Origin: Promethearchaeota archaeon
Lineage (GTDB): Archaea; Asgardarchaeota; Lokiarchaeia; Sigyniarchaeales; SOKP01
Assembly: GCA_016840165.1 (NCBI GenBank)
Contig: JAEOSU010000076.1
Coordinates: 64,001 to 128,000, forward strand
Direction of reading: 5' to 3'
DNA: 64,000 bases
Made by a program: the position numbers and the translations under genes. This document shows positions 39,127 through 47,451 of the stretch, piece by piece (position 1 is the first letter of the stretch; every line of letters starts with the position of its first letter). Below the pieces are notes generated by a model. That model did no database searches, was not told the DNA's origin, and was given only the letters and a program-made list of their open reading frames with translations.

Positions 39127-40266
39127 ATGGTAAAAAAGAAAAATTTGATAATCCTTCTTTTTGTCTTAATTGGTTTTGTCCATGGGTTGATCTCAATTTC
39201 ATTAAATATTTTTCTAACTTGGGTATTTATCGGTTTGTGGATATTTTTCATAATAAAAATTTTCGAAAACATAAAACAACATCGCGAATTTAATTCACCT
39301 TATAATACGGCATTTTTTGTTATTCTTCCTTTATTTATTGGGATCTTTTATTCTATGTGGGGCTACTATACGAATTTATTTGGTGAAAATCTCTTTATGA
39401 ACTCCAATATCTATTTTAGTTTATGGAGCTTAATTTTTGGATTTCCATTTGTTTTATATGGATCTTATTCATTATATCGTTGCTTTAAAAAGTATAATGT
39501 GATCTATTTTGGGAGAAGAGCTGTAAAGGCTAAAGTGGTTGGATATCTACTATCATTCTCAATAATTTTTGGTATTATTCTTTATTGGATAATTTTTTAC
39601 TCTATTATTGAGTTTTTTAATTATTTATTAATTCCTTTACATTTCTCTTTAGATTTAAATCTTTTAATCATTTTTATATTGACTATTCTAATTCTTATTT
39701 TATTTGGATTTTTAAATCCTCAAAGACGATTATCTCCTTTAACTCGAGAATATATAGCACAGCGTACTCGAAGAATTAATGCTCTCACAAGACCTAGTAT
39801 TCAAAATCAGAGAGTAAAGACAACTAACCGATCAACTTCTCCCTCAACTAGAACAGTGACCCGATCAACTACTACTTCCTATAGATCCTCAAGGATCACT
39901 CCAAAATCTAAAAGCCATGCGAGGAGAACAACAAGAACCACTGAAACTAAAAAGACAAAAACTAATCTAAAAATTCGAAATATAAATGCTTATAAGCCAA
40001 AAGCGGCATTTCTGACAGAAGAAGATTTCAAATGCATTTTCTGTTTTAATTTGCCAAAATTTCCCGAAGATAAAGGTAGAGGGATCATTTTATGCCCTAA
40101 TTGTAGATATCCTTCCCACGCAGATGAGTTTAAAGACTGGTTAAAAACTTCAAATTTATGTTCACGTTGTAGCGCACCCATTCCCTCTAGCTTTAGAAGA
40201 AATCCAAGAATTATTAGTATAAAAAATTATATTTCTATCTATAAACAAATTTTAAAAAAAACATAA
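39127..40266 (+). CDS. Polytopic membrane protein with C-terminal RING-like domain (candidate E3 ligase)
   Basis: About 6 TM segments, an S/T/R-rich linker, then CIFC-x16-CPNC-x4-H-x2-E-x3-W-x6-CSRC. Confidence 0.78.
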   Translation: MVKKKNLIILLFVLIGFVHGLISISLNIFLTWVFIGLWIFFIIKIFENIKQHREFNSPYNTAFFVILPLFIGIFYSMWGYYTNLFGENLFMNSNIYFSLWSLIFGFPFVLYGSYSLYRCFKKYNVIYFGRRAVKAKVVGYLLSFSIIFGIILYWIIFYSIIEFFNYLLIPLHFSLDLNLLIIFILTILILILFGFLNPQRRLSPLTREYIAQRTRRINALTRPSIQNQRVKTTNRSTSPSTRTVTRSTTTSYRSSRITPKSKSHARRTTRTTETKKTKTNLKIRNINAYKPKAAFLTEEDFKCIFCFNLPKFPEDKGRGIILCPNCRYPSHADEFKDWLKTSNLCSRCSAPIPSSFRRNPRIISIKNYISIYKQILKKT

Positions 40267-40298
40267 TTAGATTGCATAATTCAAGTATTATCAAAGAA

Positions 40299-41258
40299 TT
40301 ATTTATTTGTTCCAATAATTCTTCTTAATTCTCCAACCGTAGTTTTTAATTCTGAATATACATTATGGGGATGGATGGATTCATAACTTTCAATAGTGAA
40401 TTTAATTTTAGACTGATCCTCCAAATTTGGAAAATCACTCAGGATGAATCTTTTTGCCATTTGTCTGACTACATCCTCAGAAAAAAGTGGATTTAGATGA
40501 GCTGTTCGAACTAGCCTTGCCTCTTCTGGTCTTTTTAGAACTGACTGCATTTTTCCCGACATTGAACCTTCTATGATATCAATTATATCTAAAACATCAA
40601 TTTTATGATTGTTTAAATCTTTAATCTGCACAATAATAGTTCCTTTTGATCGCTGATTATGAGAACTAAAAGGTAAGATATTGAGGAGTTTCTTAATATC
40701 TTCTTCCCGCAGATTGATATCTCTTCTATTTTTAATAATTTCTTCAGCATACTCTTGGCTCATTTCTTTTGCACAAGGGCAAACCGTCATACCAACGGCA
40801 CTTGCCCCAATATAGTAGTTAAAATCAATCTCTCCTGATTCATCCTTACGGGCTTTTACAAAAGAACTTATATCATATGACTTTTGGATATTTCTTTGTT
40901 GTTCATCTTTAGTTTGAACGACTATTTTGCCTTCAAGTTTTACATAGACTTTTCTGGTATAAGGATGCTTTTTGAGAAGTTCTCGTGCAATTCTATCTCC
41001 TACCACTTCTACAGATGGTGTTGGTTTGAAAATTACCTCATTTATGATCTCTTCGATAGTTTCAGAGGTGCGAGACATATGAATCCCTCGTTGTTTGGCA
41101 GGAAGAGATATCAGTGCAGAGATCTTAGGATAAAAGGAGTAGCGCTTATTTTCTTGAATGATCTCGACTTTTTTTTCGACACCAACAATCCCAACTTTAT
41201 CGATAGGAATATCGATTTTTGAGCCAGAATTCTGTAAATCTTTTTTAAAGTGGCTAAT
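40299..41258 (-). CDS. mptA: GTP cyclohydrolase IV (MptA/FolE2 family); probable ATT start
   Basis: GMTVCPCA, SHNQR, LKRPEE, NPLFSED, ESIHPH. The conserved N-terminus (DLQ..IDKVGI..LPAKQRGIHMSR) lies upstream of the track ATG 41078 in the same frame. Confidence 0.9.
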   Translation of the reverse strand: MSHFKKDLQNSGSKIDIPIDKVGIVGVEKKVEIIQENKRYSFYPKISALISLPAKQRGIHMSRTSETIEEIINEVIFKPTPSVEVVGDRIARELLKKHPYTRKVYVKLEGKIVVQTKDEQQRNIQKSYDISSFVKARKDESGEIDFNYYIGASAVGMTVCPCAKEMSQEYAEEIIKNRRDINLREEDIKKLLNILPFSSHNQRSKGTIIVQIKDLNNHKIDVLDIIDIIEGSMSGKMQSVLKRPEEARLVRTAHLNPLFSEDVVRQMAKRFILSDFPNLEDQSKIKFTIESYESIHPHNVYSELKTTVGELRRIIGTNK

Positions 41259-41396
41259 TAAGTATCACTAACTTAAAATTATTTATCTATCTAATAAAAG
41301 TAGATATCTAATATAAAAAATATTAATGACCAAGTTTGTTCTACTAAAATTTATAATTTAATTTATATCATTACTATGCTTATCTAATTTAAAAAA

Positions 41397-42566
41397 ATGC
41401 CTGAAAAATATCTCTATTGTAAATTTGGGTTAATAGGAGAGAATTTAGAATTAAAACAAAATATAAATTTGTCATTTGACAAAGAAGGAAAAATAACTGA
41501 GTTAAAATTTGATGAGATCGAAGCAGACATTAATTTTGATAGAACACGAGAAAATTATGTTATGATTCCAGGATTGATAAATTCTCATATTCATATTGGA
41601 GATAGCTTTGCTAAAGAGAGAGGTCATAATAAAAGATTAATTGAAGTTGTAAGTCCTCCCAATGGCATTAAGCATCTATTGTTGCGGGAAACTTCCGACA
41701 CCAAAAAAATTAAAGGAATTAAATATGCTATACATGAGATGATATCGAATGGAATAACCTATTTTATAGACTTTAGAGAAAATGGAATTAAGGGGATTGA
41801 ACTTTTACAAAGAGCACTAAAAGATGAGAGTATTAAATGTTTGATATTCGGCCGTTTTGATCAAATAGATGATCTACAGGAAGTATTTTACAAATCAGAT
41901 GGAATTGGATTATCAAGTTATCATCACCTAACCGATGATGTAAAGTTAGAGCTTAGAAGAATGAAATCCCGTCTGTTTAAAAAGATAGCTTGTCATGTTG
42001 CTGAACTCAATCATGAACCTCTCCTTTTAAATGAAATATTAGAGGATGCTTTAGTCGATATAATTGTACACGGAACACAATTAAAAATTCCCGATCTAAG
42101 AAAAATTCAAGAAAAAAAAATTAAAGTTGTGCTATGTCCGAGGAGTAATGGATATTTTGGACTCGGATATCCTCCAATTAAAGAGATGTTGGAGTTAAGT
42201 ATTCCTTTTTCATTAGGAACTGATAATGTTATGGTTAATAATTTAAACTTATTTGAGGAAATGCGTTATTTATATTATACTGCAAGAAATCAAATAAACG
42301 AAGAGGATTTGGGCTATTTTAATGCTAAAAATATTTTTAAAATGGTTACTATTAATGCAGCTAAAAACTTCGACATTGAATCAGAAGTAGGGTCAATATC
42401 CTTAGGTAAAGCAGCTGATTTAGTTATGATTGATTTAAATAATCCAAATTTTTACGTTAATAAATTAGATAAAGCTGAGTTCTTTTCATTACTTCTTCAT
42501 AGGACTAATGTAAGGAATATCAACCAAGTATATATTGGAGGAAAGCTAATTTATGAAAGCGACTGA
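41397..42566 (+). CDS. Metal-dependent amidohydrolase (SsnA/TRZ-like deaminase family)
   Basis: PGLINSHIHIGD, HVAE, VHG, CPRSN, LGTDN, GKAADLV. Confidence 0.87.
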   Translation: MPEKYLYCKFGLIGENLELKQNINLSFDKEGKITELKFDEIEADINFDRTRENYVMIPGLINSHIHIGDSFAKERGHNKRLIEVVSPPNGIKHLLLRETSDTKKIKGIKYAIHEMISNGITYFIDFRENGIKGIELLQRALKDESIKCLIFGRFDQIDDLQEVFYKSDGIGLSSYHHLTDDVKLELRRMKSRLFKKIACHVAELNHEPLLLNEILEDALVDIIVHGTQLKIPDLRKIQEKKIKVVLCPRSNGYFGLGYPPIKEMLELSIPFSLGTDNVMVNNLNLFEEMRYLYYTARNQINEEDLGYFNAKNIFKMVTINAAKNFDIESEVGSISLGKAADLVMIDLNNPNFYVNKLDKAEFFSLLLHRTNVRNINQVYIGGKLIYESD

Positions 42567-43221
42567 TAAACCATATATCATTTTAAGTGCCGCTATGACC
42601 ATCGATGGTAAAATAGCTTCTAAAGAAGGAGACACTGACATATCAGATGATAAAGATTGGAGGGAAGTCCATAAACTCAGAACTAAAGTAGATGCAATAA
42701 TGGTTGGGAAAAATACAATATTGGCTGATAATCCAAAACTCCATATTAAATTTTATTCCCATTCTGGTTATTATCGTATCGTAGTAGATAGTAATTTAGT
42801 AACGCCAATAGACTCTAATGTTATTACATATCAACTAGACTTATATCCTACTATTATTTGTACTACTGAAAATGTACCTATTGATAAAATTAGGGAATAT
42901 GAAGCAAAAAATGTTAAAATTATTACTTCTGGTCGAAAGGAGCACGTTGATATAAATGCTTTATTACTAAAATTACATCAAATGGGTATTAAGTCAATTC
43001 TATTAGAGGGGGGAGGAAATTTAAATTGGAGTTTTATAAAAGAAAACTTAGTGGATGAAATTCGATTGACAATCGCTCCTTGGATTATTGGAGGGCAAAA
43101 TGCGATTAGTTTGGTTGAGGGAGATGGCTTCTCGCAAATGAAGAATGCACCTCGGTATCATCTATCTAAAGTTAAAACAAGAAATAATTATGTAAAATTG
43201 AAATTTTTGAAATTGACATGA
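42553..43221 (+). CDS. 2,5-diamino-6-(ribosylamino)-4(3H)-pyrimidinone 5'-phosphate reductase (RibD_C only; Rib7/ArfC type)
   Basis: AMTIDGKIA, DAIMVG.NT...DNP.L, LLEGGG, VDE; no deaminase domain. Confidence 0.9.
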   Translation: MKATDKPYIILSAAMTIDGKIASKEGDTDISDDKDWREVHKLRTKVDAIMVGKNTILADNPKLHIKFYSHSGYYRIVVDSNLVTPIDSNVITYQLDLYPTIICTTENVPIDKIREYEAKNVKIITSGRKEHVDINALLLKLHQMGIKSILLEGGGNLNWSFIKENLVDEIRLTIAPWIIGGQNAISLVEGDGFSQMKNAPRYHLSKVKTRNNYVKLKFLKLT

Positions 43222-44321
43222 GAAAATCGACATTACCTATAGAAAAACTCAAATCAATATCATTACGCAAGATACAAAAAAAAGTAAGTGAGATTACGAG
43301 TGAGTTTAATAAAGAACATGATAAAGTTATAACTTATTCAAGGAATTTTACAATTTCATTGTCTAATTACTGTCTAAATCATTGCAGTTATTGTTTTTAC
43401 AATCATCGGGTGCCTAAAGATCAAGATAATAGAAATACCATATTACTTTCTAATTCTAAATTAGACTCATTAATTGATAGTGCAAAAAAATTTGATTGTA
43501 AAGAAGCACTAATTTTATCTGGGGAAGTACCAGACAGTTTTCAAATTGTAAGAGATGAACTTAAAGCCAGAGGTTTTGCGTCATTTTTCCGATATTTGGT
43601 CACTTTATGCAATAAACTTTTGGATATGAACTTCTTACCTCATACTAATGTGGGGTTAATCTCTTTTGATTATATGAAAGAATTGAAGAATATTAATGCA
43701 TCAATGGGATTAATGTTAGAGAGTACGTGCGAAAGATTATCAATGAAAGGAGGAGTTCATGAATTTTCTCCTGGAAAGATGCCGGAAAAAAGAATTAGGT
43801 TTATTGAAAATGCGGGAAAACTTAAAATTCCGTTCACGACTGGTCTATTATTAGGGATCGGAGAGGATGAAACAAATAGGATTGAGGATTTATTTTTAAT
43901 ATACGAACTACATAAAAAGTATGGTCATATACAAGAAATTATCTTACAAAATTTCATAGAGAAGCAGAATATTCAATATCATCCCATTAGGCCTATACCC
44001 ATAGAAGAAATACTCAGAATAATTGGTATTGCTAAAATAATTATGGGAAATGAAATTGAAATCCAGGTTCCCCCAAATCTTTTAATGGGTTATGAAAAAG
44101 AAGCAATAACAATGGGGATTACTGATTTTGGAGGTATATCGCCAATAACATTAGATTATATCAATCCAACTCATCCATGGCCCCAAATCGACTATTTAAC
44201 AAAAATTTGTAAAAAAGAAGGGTATGAATTGAAAGAAAGATTACCTATTTATGAGAAATTTATTAGAAAAGAAGGATTCTGTTCAAAAAAAATTAAAGCT
44301 GTAATTAATAAAATAATGTAG
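43218..44321 (+). CDS. cofG: FO synthase subunit 1
   Basis: TYSRN, CLNHCSYC, PHTN, SMGLMLE, IPFTTGLL.GIGE, QVPPNL, GGISP.T.DYINP. Confidence 0.93.
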   Translation: MRKSTLPIEKLKSISLRKIQKKVSEITSEFNKEHDKVITYSRNFTISLSNYCLNHCSYCFYNHRVPKDQDNRNTILLSNSKLDSLIDSAKKFDCKEALILSGEVPDSFQIVRDELKARGFASFFRYLVTLCNKLLDMNFLPHTNVGLISFDYMKELKNINASMGLMLESTCERLSMKGGVHEFSPGKMPEKRIRFIENAGKLKIPFTTGLLLGIGEDETNRIEDLFLIYELHKKYGHIQEIILQNFIEKQNIQYHPIRPIPIEEILRIIGIAKIIMGNEIEIQVPPNLLMGYEKEAITMGITDFGGISPITLDYINPTHPWPQIDYLTKICKKEGYELKERLPIYEKFIRKEGFCSKKIKAVINKIM

Positions 44322-44327
44322 AGACAT

Positions 44328-45452
44328 ATGGCAGCAGCATATAACCATATTGATAAAAAAGTAAAGAAAATTCTCAAGAAAGCTGAAAATTCTGAGGAGA
44401 TAACCAAAGATGAGGCTTTGGAATTATTAAAAGTAACCGGAAATGAATTTTTTGCTCTACAAAATACTGCGAATAACCTTTGTTTTCAGAAAAAAAATAA
44501 TGTGGTAACCTTTGTTATAAATCGTAATATTAATTTTACAAACATTTGTTATCAGGGATGCCGTTTTTGTTCCTTTAGCGTTCCTAATAAAGAAAAAGAT
44601 GCTTTTCTTTTAAGCATTGAAGAGATTCATGATAAAACTGTGCAAGCATATCATTCAGGATGTACTGAAATATGCATTCAAGGGGGTATAAATCCAGATT
44701 TAAATTTTGAATACTATTTAGATATCTTAAGTATTGTTAAAGAAGTTAATAGGAATCTCCATATTCATGCCTTTTCTCCCCAGGAAATTTTCTACATGGC
44801 GAAATTGCATGGTACTAGCATTGAAGAAACTTTAAAGGAACTTAAGAAAGCTGGATTAGATTCAGTTCCTGGAACTGCAGCAGAAATTCTTGTTGATAAA
44901 GTAAGAAAGATTATTTGTCCAAAGAAAATATCAACCGCACAATGGATTAATATTATAAAGACAGCCCATAATCTGGACATTCCAACCACTTCAACGATAA
45001 TGTATGGCCATATTGAGGATCTTATAGATCGTGTAGAGCATTTACACATTTTAAGAGAAATTCAAAAACAAACTTCTGGGTTCACTGAATTTGTACCACT
45101 TCCTTTTGTAAACGAAAATCCCATATTATCTAAATTACCTAACTTTCCCTTAAGACTACATTATGGTATGGGAGATCTAAAGTTATTTTGTGTTGCAAGG
45201 CTATTTTTTAATAATTATATAGACAATATTCAATGTTCGTGGGTAAAATTAGGTCCTAAGATGGCTCAGGTTTCGTTAAACTATGGTGTAAATGATTTCT
45301 CCGGCACACTGATGGAAGAAAATATATCAAAGTCAGCGGGAGCAGATTATGGAGAGTATTTATCACCTCAAGAAATAACATCTATAATAAAAACAGCAGG
45401 AAAAAAACCTGCTCAAAGAGATACTTTGTATAAAATTTTAAAATTTTATTAA
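44328..45452 (+). CDS. cofH: FO synthase subunit 2
   Basis: NRNINFTNICYQGCRFC, HAFSPQE, PGTAAEIL, MYGHIE, FVPLPF, SWVKLG, GTLMEENI. Confidence 0.93.
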   Translation: MAAAYNHIDKKVKKILKKAENSEEITKDEALELLKVTGNEFFALQNTANNLCFQKKNNVVTFVINRNINFTNICYQGCRFCSFSVPNKEKDAFLLSIEEIHDKTVQAYHSGCTEICIQGGINPDLNFEYYLDILSIVKEVNRNLHIHAFSPQEIFYMAKLHGTSIEETLKELKKAGLDSVPGTAAEILVDKVRKIICPKKISTAQWINIIKTAHNLDIPTTSTIMYGHIEDLIDRVEHLHILREIQKQTSGFTEFVPLPFVNENPILSKLPNFPLRLHYGMGDLKLFCVARLFFNNYIDNIQCSWVKLGPKMAQVSLNYGVNDFSGTLMEENISKSAGADYGEYLSPQEITSIIKTAGKKPAQRDTLYKILKFY

Positions 45453-45465
45453 TTTAGAATTCTAA

Positions 45466-47343
45466 TCATTTCCTTGCTTGCTCTTGAAGCAGATTTAGAA
45501 TGAAATGTTGGGTAATTAAGTCAGAACTTATTTTTCCAAGAACGATTCCCTCTTTAACTACAGGCATTGCTGAAATTTTATATTGCTCAAGTTCTCTGAC
45601 TATTTCTAGCAAACTCAAGTCGGGAGATGCTGTAATTACATCCTTCGTCATAATATTTTCAAGATTAGTAGCACTAATTCCTTCAGCAATAGCTTTCGTT
45701 ATATCCCAATCTGTTAATACTCCAACGAGTTTCTGATTTGAAAGAACTGCAACTATTCCACTATTTTCATTTATCATTAATTCAGCAACTTGTTGCATAC
45801 TACTTTGAACATCAATAACTGGAATAGTAATCATTATATCTTTTGCTGTTCTCAGACTTTCCTTTCGAGAAAGGCGTTGAAGGCTTATCTGTTCAGCCGC
45901 AGCAGATGGTAACAGGTCCTGATTTGAGGTTAAAATTTCGACTAACTCATTCATGTTATGTTGAATCACATTTTCTCTATATTCTCCTCCAGCTTCTAAT
46001 CGTTCCATCGAGAGTTTAGCAAATTCCTTAGCATGATCCTTTAACCATATCTCAACCTTATCTGGATGTCCTAATAAGTTGTTTGGGATTTGAAGATTAT
46101 CTGGTGTTTTTATTATATGTTCTTGTGCTGCAAAAATTACTCCTCCAGAATTAACGAGATAATCATTCGCAATCATAATTCCTTTTCCTCGATAAACCAC
46201 TTGCTCCATAACTGTTCTTGCCGCTTTCCTATTGGGATCAGGAGAGTAGGTATTCGCTCCTTCCACTATTAATGACCAATTTCCAATACGATCGACCGTC
46301 ATTGAAGGATTATCAATGTTACTTACCCCCAAATAGTTAAATATTGGTGCTGCAGGAACTAAACAAAAAGCATTTTCACGAAGTAGGTTATTAGGATTAT
46401 TTGAATATTTGATTGGATGTTTGTGGCCTTTAGATATAATTTTACTCTTAAAATAATTAAGTGATACTCTCTTCTCTTCTACCCATATATCAAATAGTTC
46501 TTTAACTGGTAATCCATCCTCATCATAAAGATAGCCCTCTAAATCGCTTATTCCAATTACTTTCGCCTTTGGAAGACGCTCGGAAAGTATTCTAGCTGCA
46601 TGGGCTCCCACAGCTCCAAAGCCTTGAATAATCAAGCTCACTTCTTCTGGTTCTGGAACTTCCAATGTAGAAAATTGGGAAAGCACAGTTAGACGTGGCA
46701 TTATTTTTAATAAAGTTTGCAAAGCAATTACGACTCCTCCAGCCGCAGCACCAAGCTCATCAATTCTATTTCCTCCCATATCTGCAGTTTTAGATACAGC
46801 ACTATCAATTCCATTTTCAATTGCAATAGTTTTCATATCCATATCATTTGTACCTACATCTGGACCGGGTACATATACATTTTTATATCTATTAATTAAT
46901 CTTGCAAAATGGCGTACAATCTCGGTGTGTTGATCTGGAGGTATATCTCGTTCTGCTATAATTCCAGACTTACCTCCTCCATAAGGAAGATTGGCTGCTG
47001 CATTCTTTAAAGTCATTCCTCTTGCTAGGTTGTATATATCTGAAGGTACTAAATCTGGAAGCATTCTAATTCCTCCCATACTAGGTTTGCCCATTGATAA
47101 ATTATCAACGACTAAATATCCACCTACTTCTAGTTCGGAGTTTTTATCCCATATACAGGCTACAAGCTGTGGCCCTAATTTATCACTTATAATCCCAATG
47201 CTAGACAGTAAGTTTTCATCAGTTTTAGTAAATTCTAAATAACACAGACCATTTTCTTCGAAAAGACGGTTTTTAAGGATATTTTTGGGTAGATGTTCTT
47301 TTAGAAAACTTTCCATATTTTTAGGAATCATTTTTACCACCAA
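45466..47343 (-). CDS. Glu/Leu/Phe/Val dehydrogenase fused to a C-terminal CBS pair
   Basis: GGIR, MTLKNA, GGGKSG, GPDVGT, QGFGAVG, EGAN, NSGGV; CBS motifs LVGVLTDWDI and ISAMPVV. Confidence 0.88.
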   Translation of the reverse strand: MVVKMIPKNMESFLKEHLPKNILKNRLFEENGLCYLEFTKTDENLLSSIGIISDKLGPQLVACIWDKNSELEVGGYLVVDNLSMGKPSMGGIRMLPDLVPSDIYNLARGMTLKNAAANLPYGGGKSGIIAERDIPPDQHTEIVRHFARLINRYKNVYVPGPDVGTNDMDMKTIAIENGIDSAVSKTADMGGNRIDELGAAAGGVVIALQTLLKIMPRLTVLSQFSTLEVPEPEEVSLIIQGFGAVGAHAARILSERLPKAKVIGISDLEGYLYDEDGLPVKELFDIWVEEKRVSLNYFKSKIISKGHKHPIKYSNNPNNLLRENAFCLVPAAPIFNYLGVSNIDNPSMTVDRIGNWSLIVEGANTYSPDPNRKAARTVMEQVVYRGKGIMIANDYLVNSGGVIFAAQEHIIKTPDNLQIPNNLLGHPDKVEIWLKDHAKEFAKLSMERLEAGGEYRENVIQHNMNELVEILTSNQDLLPSAAAEQISLQRLSRKESLRTAKDIMITIPVIDVQSSMQQVAELMINENSGIVAVLSNQKLVGVLTDWDITKAIAEGISATNLENIMTKDVITASPDLSLLEIVRELEQYKISAMPVVKEGIVLGKISSDLITQHFILNLLQEQARK

Positions 47344-47451
47344 AAACGATATTTTATTTAAAATATCTATTAACTATTATGAGTCATTTGAATTTAAAAT
47401 TGATTGGTTAATATATAAGAAAGCTATTAAAAATTAGAATGATTTGAATAT

